Positions 13,744 to 26,700 of a stretch of DNA of 64,000 nucleotides are shown in pieces (the stretch's first letter is position 1; each line of letters begins with the position of its first letter). The translations under genes were made by a program, and so were the position numbers. The notes under the pieces are model-generated. The model did not search any database. It had not been told where the DNA came from and saw only the letters and a program-made list of their open reading frames with translations. Origin of the DNA: Dipteris shenzhenensis (lineage: Eukaryota); the NCBI GenBank assembly GCA_047967505.1, contig CM106538.1. The stretch is one strand, 5' to 3'.

Positions 13744-14216
13744 GCTCTGATACCAAATGAAACACGAAAATCTGTTTGCTCTCAGCTGGTTACGTCGAAT
13801 TACGGGCACAGGCACTTGCATTTTCCTCCCAGCCAACCTCGGTGGTAGCAAACTCTTAAAAAAAATCCGATTACGTGAAAGCTTCAGCTTGCTTATTCCC
13901 AACGAGCCCCAAAATTCCCTAGATGGATCTAGCATGCCACATGTCTTCATTTTAGGGTCCTTCCTTAATGCATCATTTACCCCTCTCTTGGGATATCATT
14001 AAAACTATTTGCCCCTTGGCACATTTCATGCATTTAGGTCCTTAGCCTTAGATCCACCTGTTCTAGTGCCATGTCACCCTCACCAAGGACCTTGACCTTT
14101 ATTCCTTTTTGATCATTTACATGAAGCCCAAACAAATATAATACAAACATTGATCCTTTAAAGGAAAATGTCGACTAACCCTTCCGAGGTCATGTTACCT
14201 CAACTTGAGTGTAACA
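13744..14216 (-). mobile_element. 5' LTR (13758-14216) and tRNA-iMet PBS of the gypsy element that hosts LINE-A and LINE-B1
   Basis: gctctgatacca at 13744-13755 is the reverse complement of TGGTATCAGAGC; the LTR is bounded by TGAAACAC...GTGTAACA. Confidence 0.7.
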
Positions 14217-15088
14217 TCTAGGCCTCCCAGATGGATTGAAAAAGTTGTTACTCATTATTTATGGGCCCTTGTGCTGTCTCTCTCTTCCAATGTCCTTTTT
14301 CTTGCTGTTGCAAATCCCTTCTTCCACTCTTGCACGCTTCTTGCGGTGTTGTGCAACTGATTCCAGTGCCATATGTACTAGTTCTTGGCATGCGAAACTT
14401 GTTTCTGAGGGTGAGATCCTGCTACGAATTGTTTTCCAGCCACCCAAGGGCCACTACACCTACTGCAATTTGGATTTCCTGCCCTCCACTAAACCCTGTA
14501 TTTGCTGCGAATTGCCCTGGGAGGCGTTTTCTAAGCTGCAATCTGCCCCAAATCCCTAAAGTCGCTACGATCTGATTCCAAAAGGGTGTTTAGGATTCAT
14601 CGGATCTGTTTTCAAAGGCCTCAAGAAGCAGTTTCATTGCGAGAAACAGTGTTGTACAGCTTCTCTGTTCAGCCAGGTGCTGTAAGCCAAGCTCCTAGCG
14701 CTGTTCTGGACCTTTGTACTTTTCTGGAGGATTTTGCAGCAATTTTGACCTGTTTTGGAGCAGGCTGCCTTCTGTTTTAGCCATTTTCAGACTATCTGTC
14801 TGCTGCGGGGACTCTCAAGGACTCTCTTCCAGAAATGTCACCTCATTAGAGGTTCTTTTGATTACTATCCATGATCCAAAAGAGGAGTATGGCTCCCATC
14901 AGAGTAGCTTATACTCCTGAAGAAGATTATGCTAGAATATAACAAAATTATGGCAAGGAGTAATGAGCCCCAGGGGAGTTGAAGGTTATTCATTAAGGCA
15001 AGAACACTTCAAGAGCTTTCTTTTCCACAATAGAAACGTTATAAAGTATATGCAAAATTGATACTGCTTTGTTTAAGTATATATATAC

Positions 15089-15205
15089 CTGTGCTTCATC
15101 AAGCCCAAAATATGACTCTTCTTTGAGCAGGTCCTTCATGATCTGTTCTGAGGTCTCGGTACTGACCAGAACCCATGGGATATGTGGCCTTTCCCCCAAG
15201 CACAT
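15089..15205 (-). CDS. rimM: RimM-family gene, exon G
   Basis: aaacag|ATG...CAG|gtatat, 117 bp; HIPWVLVSTETSEQIMKDLLKEESYFGLDEAQ resembles the UAP IPW-x-IMTS...YFGL-x2-Q segment. Downstream exons were not found in the window. Confidence 0.82.
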
Positions 15206-15302
15206 CTGTTTAGACAAGTTAAAATCCAAATGAAATTCCATCCACAATGTAACTGTTCATTTAAAAGGAGAACATGAAACAAACACTGATTTAGAATTTT
15301 AC

Positions 15303-15597
15303 CTCAGCAAGGTCTTGCATAGAGAGAAGTTTTTGCACTTGACTCTGAAACTTCAATTTTAAAGATGAAAGAGACATGTCATATTCAGTTTCTTCCATAC
15401 TAGGGAGAGCTAGGACTGCCACTCTAGCTTCCGCAACAAGCTCCAAACCTTTCTGCCACCAGTTCCAAGTTCCTTTCTCGACGGTATTGTTGCAGCTGAA
15501 ATCTCTAGGAGAGATACTGAGCCAGTCTTTCAAACCTTTCCAATCTACAGAAGGAAGGCTAATAGGAGGGAGCAAGTATCTTCCGTTATTTGCAAGC
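15303..15597 (-). CDS. rimM: RimM-family gene, exon F (UDP-sugar pyrophosphorylase-like region)
   Basis: tttgtgcag|G...GAG|gtaaaa, 295 bp, phase 2/0; WWQKGLELVAEARVAVLAL resembles the UAP/UGPase GL-x2-I-x2-GKVAV segment. Confidence 0.8.
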
Positions 15598-15729
15598 CTG
15601 CACAAAATATCCAAACACATCCAATAAGTTCCTGTATGATCCGGACATGAAAAAACTACGCAGAAGAGCTCCAATCAATATATGCTAACATGTATCTCAA
15701 CACAAAATAAGTCCCTTCAATAATGATAC

Positions 15730-15929
15730 CCTTTAAGAGCACCAAGAGAGTCTTGTACTGCATGTTCAAACAACTTGAAATCAATGCCCAATAATTGTGC
15801 TCGCAGGATCTCTTTTTGGATCTTATCACTAGAGGTTAGCCCTAAGAGAATATGCCCTTGTTTCAAAGCTAGTACGCGTTTTTTAATTCCAGAAGTTCTT
15901 TCTTGGATTTTGCGTCTTGTTCTCAAACC
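15730..15929 (-). CDS. rimM: RimM-family gene, exon E (start of C-terminal extension)
   Basis: atgcag|GGT...GG|gtatca, 200 bp, phase 0/2; GLRTRRKIQER...LKQGHILLGL...LRAQLLGIDFKLF; in phase with exon D. Confidence 0.8.
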
Positions 15930-16100
15930 CTGCATCATAAGCAACATGGCATTCTTTCAATGGTAGCTTTTGAGTGCTCTCGATAAAACATAAGGAAAGA
16001 ACAAATACCATGAGGAGAGAATATAAAACAAAACCTCCACACGCAGTAACCTCTACTTTTTAAAGCAGTAACCCTATTAATATGCACAACTGCACAATGT

Positions 16101-16142
<42 letters not shown>

Positions 16143-16263
16143 CCCCCCCATCAGAGAAGGCTATGGGGAAAGCAAAGACCTAAAGAATATGCTGGAGCAG
16201 CAAAATCTCTCTCTCTCTCTCTCTCCCCACATCAGAAAGAAAGAAAGAAAGAAAGAAATTTTA

Positions 16264-19200
16264 TGTTAGAATTATAGATATAATTCAGCAGTGACCAATG
16301 TAAATTAATAAGCTAGTTAGGGGCACTTTTCCCTCTTTAAGAGATTTTTCCCCCTAACCGCAGTTAGTTCACTAACTATGGTTAGTGACTACTAAGGTTT
16401 TGTCACTAGGACAAAACCTTATCTCTAACTCTTTCAGTTGTACTCTCTCACACTCTTCTATTGCAACTCAGCTATCAAGCTTTCAGCTCTCAAGCTCACT
16501 CTCTCTTGCTCTCTCTCTCTCCCCAAACTCTCACGTTTGGTATCAGAGCAGTTTGATCCTGCTCCCTGCTCCTTCCTCGTTCAGCTCCAACCTACAGCCC
16601 ACACTCCTGCTGCTACATCCCGTCCCAACCTGCTCGAAGCAATCAAAAGACTGTCCGTACAGTCCGTACGACTGTACGGAATCCGTACCCTGCGCCACTC
16701 GTCTGTACCTGCCCGTACTCAGCCGTACCCACCGTACCTACGCATTCTGTACCAATCGTACCTTCTGCATCGTCGTCCGTACGTCGCCGTAGCGTTTTGC
16801 GTCAAAGTCGTACCTACAGTCTCGTCGTACTTCGCGATCGTATGGTGTATAGCTTGTCGCCGTACAGCGCCGTACGTACCTAATCTGCAGAGCTGTTTGG
16901 TCGTACTGTACCTGTTGTGCTAACGTGTACCTGCCGTACGTGCTGTACCTGCTCACACCTGCAGCCTTACCTGCGTCATCGCCGTACGTAATCCGTACAT
17001 TGATTGTACCTGCGCACAAGCTGTACCTTGCAAGTGATCTTAGGCAGGCACATTTTGCAGACAGACATTGTTTGGCTCAGTTTTTTGGGAGTACATTTGG
17101 GGCATCCTGTTTCTTGCAGACATTGCAATCAATTTGCAGCTATTGAAGAAATTTGGGGCTGCACTTGGAGCAAACATTGCAGATTTGGTCTGAAATTTGG
17201 GGCTTTCTGCTGAAACTGAAAAATTTGGGGCTTTTTGAGCTTTTGCCCCTTTCTGGTTGCAATTTCAAGCTTGAAATTTGGGGCTTTTCATTTTGCAGTA
17301 CAATTTCTTGAAGAAATTTGGGCATTTTGTAATTACACTGCAATTTCGCAGTGAAATTTGGGGCTTTTGCAGACAAAGCGCAATTCTTGCAACATTTGGG
17401 GCTTTTGATCAATTTGCCCCTTTCCGGTTGCAATTTCGGGCCTATTTTGGGACTTTTGTGTTGGGAGAGCAATTTTTGGAGTTTTCAGTTCATACTGCCT
17501 TTCTTGAAGTGTTTTGCAGCACTTTTGGCAGATTCTGGAGAGTTTTTGATGCTTGGACAGATTTCTGACAGTGCAAGTGCAGAAATCTCAGTTGCATTTA
17601 CAGCCAGTGCTTGGCTGTGTTTTTTGGGAGTTGTGCATTTTATTCCGAGTAAGGGAATTCAGTTTTGTATCTGCTTAAATCTCTTTCTCAGATATGGCCC
17701 AGCAAAATCAGAATGACTTCCAGTTCAGTGGTCTTTCACAGGAAGACAAGTTGGATGGTACAAACTACTCCCTTTGGAGTTTTATGGTACGCAATATTCT
17801 GATTTCTCGCAATTTATGGGATTATGTGAATGGGGGTGAGATCCGACCAGCAAGTATGGCACCTAATACCCTCCTCAGCAAGGAGGTGGAAGAGGTCGTG
17901 CACAGGGTGCAGCTGCAGAACAAGTTGTTGGTGCAGCTATAGCCACTACTCCAGAGCAGAAGAGATGGGATTCACGGGATGCCTTAGCTTTGTCATGCAT
18001 CTCTCTTTCAGTGAAAAGATTTATCATTCCGCATATCCGGTCGTGTAAGACCTCGAAGGCAGCGTGGGATATCTTAGAAAGCATGTATGCAGCCTGGAAT
18101 GATGCAAGGGTATCTTTCTTGAAAAGAGAGTTAAGTAATACACATATGGAAGAGGGTGACTCCATGTCAGTCCACCTCACAAAGCTACAGGATCTCAGAG
18201 AGCAATTATTGAACATAGATGAGATTATTCCTGATTCAGAGATGATTACTACCACTCTGAATTCTCTTCCTGAGTCTTATCTCAGCTTTCATACCTCGTT
18301 GAACTTATCATTGAGGGGGGGTGCAAATCCTCTCACTTTTCATGAGTTGATAGGACTTCTACTTCAGGAAGAGCAGACTAGGAAAAACTTGGCTTCATGT
18401 GCAGGTGAACAAGCTATGCTCTCAAAGTTTAAGTCGAAAAACAAAGGGACAGGCAAAGACATCAGTAAATCAGCCTTCCAGTGGGTCAGGACAGCCTTCA
18501 CAAAAGGCTAAAAATGATGCAAGTAAGCCCAAGAAGAAGGGCTTTTGTCATTACTGCAAAAAGCCAGGTCATCACATTGCAGAATGCAGGAAAAGGCTTG
18601 CAAAAGAGAAGAAAAACAGCTCCGGTATGGCTGTTTCGGATTCAGCTCCTCATGCAACTGACAGTGGGGATGCTGCAGCCAACTTTGTTGGACAGGATTA
18701 TGCCTTTTTATCTTGCATTTCAGATTCTAGGCTGGCTGCTCCAAATGCTCGAGATAGTACAGCCACTTGTAATGATGATACATATGCATTTTTGAGTTGC
18801 AGTTATGACTCTTCTACGGATGCATCTGCTTTCAGTGTCAATGAAACACTGAACACTTGGTATTTTGACAGCGGTGCATCCAAGCATATCACTTCTGGGA
18901 AGTGTCTTTTTACTTCCTTGCATCCACCTAACGTTGGTAAGAAAGTCACTTGTGCCAATAACTCATCATATTCAGTACATGGCACAGGAGAAGTTGAGCT
19001 TACTACCATTGATGGCTCAGTTTTCAGACTTTCAGATGTCTTATATGTGCCTGGTATCACCAAAAATCTTCTTTCAGTGTCCACTCTTAACAGAGCTGGA
19101 TTTCAGGTCATCTTTGAGGATGACAAATGTGCTGTCCGAGACAGAGAAAATGATTATGCCTTAAGATTATCTGGCACTCTGCTGCGTGGGCTTTTTCAGC

Positions 19201-22103
19201 TTGATCTTTTTGAAAAAAGAGCAGCCCATGCTCTTGCAGTTTCTACCCCTACAGCTGCCATGCAGAATGCAGAATTATGGCATGCCCGATATGGCCACAT
19301 GCATTATAACAACTTGATGACACTTCAGAAGCACTCTATGGTTGATGCATTGCCACCTCTTGAGATACCTCCTCCACATGCCTGTGAAGGGTGCATTTTA
19401 GGCAAGATGCAATAGATTCCCCTTCAAAAAGGATGGTTCAGTTAAAGTTGTCCGCAAATTACAGCTTATACACAAAGATGTCTGTGGTCCCATGAGGACT
19501 CCATCATTGGGTGGTCATCTCTACTTTGTTACCTTTATTGATGATTACTCCAATTTCACTTGGGTCTTTGGGCTGAAGCGCAAATCAGAAGTGTTCATGG
19601 TGTTTAAACACTTTTCAGACATGGTTGAAAATGAAACCGGACTCAAGATACAGACATTGCGCATAGATAGGAGTGGGGAATACTTGTCTACATATTTTGA
19701 TGCTTTTCTGAAAGGCAAGGGTATTGTGCATCAGCTCACAGTGAGGCTAACCCCTCAGCAAAATGGCAAAGCTGAGAGGAAAAATAGAACTCTTATGGAG
19801 ATGGACAGATGTATGCTGAAAAGCAAACACATGCCTCACAAATTCTGGGTTGAAGGTCTGATGTGTGCCAATTACATTTTAAATCGGGGTCCCACTAAGG
19901 CTTTGAAAACAAAAACTCCCTATGAGATCTGGAATGGGAGAAAGCCTTCAGTGGATCATTTCCGAGTCTTTGGATGCCTTGCTTATGCTCATGTGCCAGT
20001 TGAATTTAGGCACAAGTTGCCAGATAAGGCAATTAAGTGCATGTTTGTTGGGTACAGTGCAGAAAGCAAGGGGTACCGTCTCTACAATCCTGCTACACGC
20101 AAGATCATTGTCAGTAGAGATGTGATATTTGCAGAAAATTCAGCTCACATTCAGGCTGAATTTTGTATGCCTTCTTCTTCGATGGATGTCTTTGAGGGGT
20201 TGCTACCCATTGCCCTGGGTTCCCCTGCTGATATTTCTGATGCAAATCAGAATTAAAACAGCCACCTCCCGATGCTTCAGTTCAGCCACAGGATGTCTTG
20301 CCACCTCCACAGGCAGTGGAACAGGTGGTGCAGCAAGAAATTGCAAACATACATGCAGCAAAAACAGTCCCAAACTAGCTGTTACAGACTCTCAGGGAGA
20401 GTAAAATTGATGCTCCATTACCTGGCAGGACTCGCAGTGCAGCAAGGCACATGGAAGGTGCTAATTCAGTGGAATCAGCATATGCAGGTACTCTTCTTGA
20501 TGACGAGGAACCTGCAACATTCGAAGAAGCAAAGGACAATGTGCATTGGATGAATGCCATGCACGATGAGTTGCAGTCCATTGAAAAAAATCAGACTTGG
20601 GATGTTGTAGACTTGCCACCGCCATTGGCACACGATGGGTTTTCAAGGTCAAACGGAAGCCAGATGGCTCCATTGACAGATACAAGGCAAGGCTGGTTGC
20701 TAAAGGCTATGCTCAGAAAAAGGGCATAGATTATGAGGAGACAATTGCTCCTACATCCCGGATGACACCATCCGATCTGTTATTGCAATGGCTGCACATT
20801 TTGAGTGGAATGTTCATCAGTTGGACATTAAAACAGTCCAGGCTTTGAAATTTCAGGTATGCAAGCTGAATAAAGCTTTGTATGGGCTGAAACAGGCCCC
20901 TCGTGCATGGTATGCCAAGATTCATGCCTTTTTGACCAGCAAGGGGCTGCACAATAGTCCTACTGAGAGCACCCTCTACATCAAGAAGGATGGGGGGGAA
21001 ATTGTAGTCATCGTTCTTTATGTCGATGACTTACTGCTCACAGGGTCCAATCGAAATAATATTGCAGATTTCAAAGCTGATTTGCAGACCAACTTTGACA
21101 TGTCAGATTTGGGGCTGCTTCACTTTTATTTGGGGATCCAGTTCTCTCAAGAGAGACGTGGCACTGTTATGTCTCAGTCCAAGTATGTGCAGAAACTCTT
21201 GGACAGATTTAACATGCATGATTGTAAGCCCATAGCCACTCCCATGGAGCCGGGGCTGAAACTCACAATGCATGATGCAGGAGAATCAGTTGATGCCACA
21301 TTTTACAGTCAGGCTGTTGGATGCCTCATTTATCTCTGCAACACTAGACCTGATATTCAGTTTGCAGTATCTCAGGTGAGCAGATATATGCACAACCCAA
21401 AAACTATGCATTGGCAGGCAGTTAAGCGCATCTTCCGTTATTTGCAGGGCACGAAGTCTTTTGGCTTGTTATTTCCCAGGGGGGTGACTTGCAGATGCAT
21501 GCCTACAGTGATTCAGATTGGGCTGGTGATTATGACACTAGGCAGTCCACTAGTGGCAATTGTTTCTTTTTGGGTAAACCTTGCATTTCCTAGCTGAGCA
21601 AGAAACAATCTCCAGTGGCCACCTCATCATGTGATGCTGAGTACAGGGCAGCTTTCATAGCAACAGTTGAATGTGTCTGGCTGCGACATCTATTTGCTGA
21701 TCTTCATCTGTCTTTGGAGGGTCCTTCTCCAATTCTCACTGATAATCAAAGTGCCATTGCAGTGGCAAAGAATCCAGTGTTTCATGCTCGCACGAAGCAC
21801 ATTGAGGTTCACTATCACTACGTCAGAGAGAAGTTGCATGCAGGAGAGATCAGTATGATCTTTGTGTCCACACATCACAACGTTGCAGATATTTTCACCA
21901 AAGCACTACCACGTGAAAAGTTTGAGGCATTTCGCAGTGCCCTGAACTTATATCCGTTTGGTGAAGGTTTTGTCACTAGGACAAAACCTTATCTCTAACT
22001 CTTTCAGTTGTACTCTCTCACACTCTTCTATCTCAACTCAGCTATCAAGCTTTCAGCTCTCAAGCTCACTCTCTCTTGCTCTCTCTCTCTCCCCAAACTC
22101 ACA
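16264..22103 (+). mobile_element. Ty1/copia LTR retrotransposon (Copia-1), decayed
   Basis: TSD TTTTA (16259-16263, 22104-22108); 5' LTR 16264-~16535; PBS 16538-16549; gag from 17694 (KLDGTNY, CHYCKKPGHHIAEC), PR WYFDSGASKH, INT, RT YVDD, RH HARTKHIEV; 3' LTR only 21964-22103. Confidence 0.96.
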
Positions 22104-22916
22104 TTTTATTAGAGTCTTCGAGAGACTGATGGGTCTATGAGATTGAAAGAAAACCTGATACAAATCATAGTAAGGGTGGAGCTACTGAAACGAGCATCAT
22201 CACCTGTGCTGAATCCTAAGTCTGATCATACATAATCAAATACATCTGGATGTAACAATGAAAAGAAAAGGACTGGAGCGGAGCGAAATCCTCCGTATGT
22301 CATGTCGCCCTGGCTGGTGCATAGCCGGTGATGGGACGCTAGTGCCCATCAAGGGGTGCCGTGCGTCTCGGTCTCCTAGACGAGGCTCGACGCAAGACCA
22401 GAGCCACCATGACTCCCGTGGGACATAAACAATGACGGGAGGTCCCCCAGAGTGATCTGTGTGTCCCCTCGATGTCTCGTGTGTCGTGCTGCGATCGTCG
22501 GGTCAGGGTCTCTGTCACGTCTGTGGCTAGAGACTGGACAATCAATGTCACTCGATGGGAAGAACTCTGTGATCCTGCTCTGAGAGGTGTCTGATGATGT
22601 GGCCAAGCCCCGTCGCCTGAGTAAGTACTCTCTATGTCGGACTCTCTCGTGAATGAAGGCCGCGAGAGGCATCTCTGATCTGGGTAGGTGAGGAATCTGG
22701 AAAGGATCCCGGAGCCGTCTCTGAAGAGGCAGTGGTAGCGATAGCTCACAAGCTAGCCCAACAAGTACTCACTACATGACAAAGCTGTAAGTTTTTCTCT
22801 TCACTGGATGTAAGGGATCACTATTAGTTAATAGTGATTGCCAGTCCCATAGATCCTGAAGGGTCTCACGCGGACTTTTATACAATCATATCATATCATC
22901 ATGAAAGGTGAACGAG

Positions 22917-23520
22917 ATGGAGAACAAAGGCAAGCAAGAAATTATTGCAGAAGCTATGGAGAAATTCAGCACATCTCCACCAGCACCAACTCTTGTCTCC
23001 AAGGTCAAGGAAATGATTAACACTCAGGTGAGTTCAGCCAAGGAAGGATGGCCACTGTTGCGGACAGCAAACTCAACAAAGCAGATCTGTACACAGAAGT
23101 AAAAGAGCAGCCGGCTATAGCACATAATAAGACATTGGAGGGCTGCCCAAGGATTGCCTTGGCCCTTTTAATGAAGAAGAGGATGACACAGTAGACGAGA
23201 GGATTGCATGTCTCAAGAAGGAAATACCACAAGTAGAGTGGGATCATAATGATATCAGGTGTGTCTCCCAAACAGGAATGCAAGTACAAGTGTTTTTCAA
23301 GGAGAGAGCGGGAAGAATTAAGATTCTTCGATAGACAAACAAGTTGAAGGGCACAAGGATTTGGATCTCTCAGGAACTCACCTTAACTCAGCTCAAGCAG
23401 AGGAGTGTCGAGCTCACCAAAATGAAGGATGCACGTAAAGCTGGAAAATGGGCTGTGTATCTAGATAGAACACCACCAATCAGAGATTTCAAATCTAAAC
23501 CTAAAGACTCTCAGTCTTAA
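22917..23520 (+). pseudogene. Orphan Transposase_22-like (L1/CR1-type) ORF1 remnant
   Basis: My translation: IGGLPKD...QVFFKERAGRIKILR*TNKLKGTRIWISQELTLTQLKQR...KDARKAGKWAVYLDR; no ORF2 follows. Confidence 0.6.
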
Positions 23521-23713
23521 ACTGATGTTATGAAGGCCACTTCTATTAGTTTTATAGTCCTAGTATGTATCGGTTATGTATCGATGTGATATAATAATCG
23601 AGTTGAGATGCCATGTGCACTCCTTGACCCTCTGGCTTATCCAAATGTTGTAAGTCTTTTATTTTGTACTTTGTCCCATAGACCCGTGAGGTCTCCTACG
23701 AATGTTAATATGA

Positions 23714-23770
<57 letters not shown>

Positions 23771-23772
23771 AC

Positions 23773-26700
23773 TTTTTTTTTTGGAAATCTTTGATTGATT
23801 ATATTATATGAGTAGCAACCTCAAAACAAGGTGCTACAATTACATCAACTGAAAATTTCAGTATATGCCAAAAAGACCTCATGATGTATGCAGCGGGTCT
23901 GCAAGCAATCAAAGAAAGATTGCTGCAGAGAACGCCTAAAAAAGCCAAACATAGAGAAAGTAGGATCACCAAAGACTTTACAATTCCTATATGTCCATAA
24001 AGTCCATAGTGCCTAGTAGCGAACCCAAACAAAGAAAAGATGAAACTCCAGTCTGGATGGATGCCGGTCTGGATGGATGAAACCCAAATAGCCAAAATAA
24101 CTTCCCAAACGGAACAGATGGGAATCTCGCTCGCAGGCGCTGTCAAAGCATATATAAAAACTCACGAGAACACGGACAATACCAAAACAAGTGAGGCATA
24201 GTCTCTGAAAAGTAGAACATATGTCACAAAGTGCAGGAGCAATGTGTCAATGAGCCAATAGCTGTTCACATGGAAACACTCCCAAAAGAACTCGCAAAAA
24301 GAAAACCTATTGCCGAAGCGGTACTTTATAGGCCCAAAGTTGCTGTAATCTTTTCCTCCACCACTTGGCTGGGCGATGCATTCGCCAAACAGAATCACCT
24401 CTCTCTAAAACCCAAGGTTGAGGCAAAAGGATTTTATACAATGCAGGTACAATAATATGAGATAGTCTCAAAGGACAAGAAGAGGACCCTGGAGAAGTCA
24501 AAGTCCAATCTTCCAGCCGGTCCTGGAGTTCCAAAGGAGGAATCGGAACAAAAGGCGAAAGCATAGAAGTAATTTGTTACCACAAAGGACGATAATGAGA
24601 GCCCAATCCATATGTAATGGCTGCTAGAGAAAAGGGGAGCACAGTACCAGCATCATCTATAACATCAGCAATCGAGGTGATGCCTTTAAACGAGACAAAG
24701 TAGAAACGTCAAGGTTCCTGTAAAGCCAAGGGAGGTTGAAAGACTTTCGACCAATGAATGCTTTCAGCTCTCAAAGAATTCCCAAGCAAAGATTGCTGTC
24801 CATTCCATTCCAGATGAGAAAGAACATGCTTCCAGTCAAGAAGTAAGCAGGAGACAAAAGGGCAGCCAGGCAAAGTGCCATCAGTGCAACCAAGAAAGAA
24901 ATCCCATTGATCGAGTTGCCAATGACCAAACGCAGAAATACTGATATGAGTGACCAGAGTCCTAATCATAAGAGCCCATGATTAGAGGCCAAGGCTGATC
25001 ACCTTGCAGAAATTGCAGCAACATTTTCCCCCTATGGGCAAGAATATGCACATGAATATCCGTGATGTTCAATCCACCATGCATCTTGGGAGAACAAATG
25101 TGATGCATCGAAAGCAATCTGAGACTTTTTCTGCCATGTTTGGATTGCCAGAAGATTTCCATAAAGACAGACATGAAAGATGTAAGATCTGCCTTAGTGA
25201 ACATGATCAATGGCAAGTAAATTTGAATATATGCCACAAGGATGGACTGCACTATTCGAAGACGAACATGCAAAGGCCAAGTTGCCAGTTTCCAATAGTC
25301 AAGCTTTTTCCGAAGCTTAGACAAAACCCAATCAGTTTGTTGTCGGCGAGTGAGTTCCCACCCCAAAGGGTAACCAAGATGACGAACAAACTGAGTGGGT
25401 GGAATGATATCCTTGGGCCATAATAGACTATGCCAGTCTTTGGAATGCAAAGGGAGCAGCTTCGACTTCTAAAAATTAACATGAAGACCAGCTGCCAAAC
25501 CATAAACAGAGAGGGCCTGCATCAAGGCGCCAAGATCATGGGGCGTATTCTTCGGGGTAAAGAAAGAATCATTAGCATAAGCTTGAGCAACCATGCTGCG
25601 ATTAGCATCCAATTCCAAGCCATGAAGTGATCTTGTAGCCACAAGATGATCAATATATTGCAGCATAGGATGAGTAGCAATGGCATACAGTAAAGCACTG
25701 AGAGGGCATCCCTGGCAATAACCTGCTGGAGTTTTGGTCCAAACCCCAAAGATCGCACAGTTTGCGAGATGAAATCCCATTGAACTGTGTCAAAGGCTTT
25801 TGCAATATCTACCTACAAGAGTAGAACATTCTGCTGCGTGTATTTGGCATATTCAATCCCAATATAAGCATTGGCAATGTTATCTGTGATATGGCGACGT
25901 GGAATAAAGCCATATTGGGAGGGATGCAACCCATCATGCAAATAACCTTTAATCCGATCTTGTAAATGACTAGCATGAGCGTGATTAGCCTCCAATCACC
26001 AAGTGAATCACATAGCTGCTTCTTTGGAATCAGCTTGAGAAGACCCTTTTTCCATGACATAGGCCTCTGTTGATTTTGCCATGCTGTATTTACCATTTGC
26101 AGCAAGGTGAATTTAAGAAGATCCTAGAATGCAAGAAAGAATTCAACAATGAGACCATCCCATCCGGGAGATTTCCATCTGCCACAAGATCTAAGTGCAT
26201 CAGACAATTCCCTTTCAATGAAGGGATGTTCAAGTTCCAAAGCCTGAGCATCAGACAGAATTGGATGAACATGCTGCAAAAGAAGCTAATGTGCAAACAC
26301 GACCCGAGGAGAAAGAGTACCCACATGCCCAAAATGAGTGGAGAAGTGCTGCACACATAAATCAGCAAGCTCTGAACGAGATGTTGACCAAGAACCATCA
26401 GGCATCCGGATCCGACAAATATTGGCAGCCTGTCTTTTGTAGTGTAAACTCTTAAAAAATTGCTTGGAAGAGCAGCCTTTATCCAAAAAAGCCCGTTGTC
26501 TGGATCGGGTTTCCCATTTAGCAAGCTTTCTGCGATCATTGGATTGAAGAGAGAATTGAGCCTTACATAAGAGCATGCTTTCCTCTGAAGACAAAGGGCA
26601 AAGATGAGCAAGCTCAATCAAACTCTGACAAGTAAATTTGGCATGTGCTACAGTCTCCCTTGTGGCTTGCATATAGGATTTGCCATAATCCCGAATAACT

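Noticed and set aside
13744-13755. tRNA-Met-like 12-mers (also 16538, 37227, 42302, 47138)
   Set aside because: These are primer-binding sites next to LTRs, not tRNA genes.
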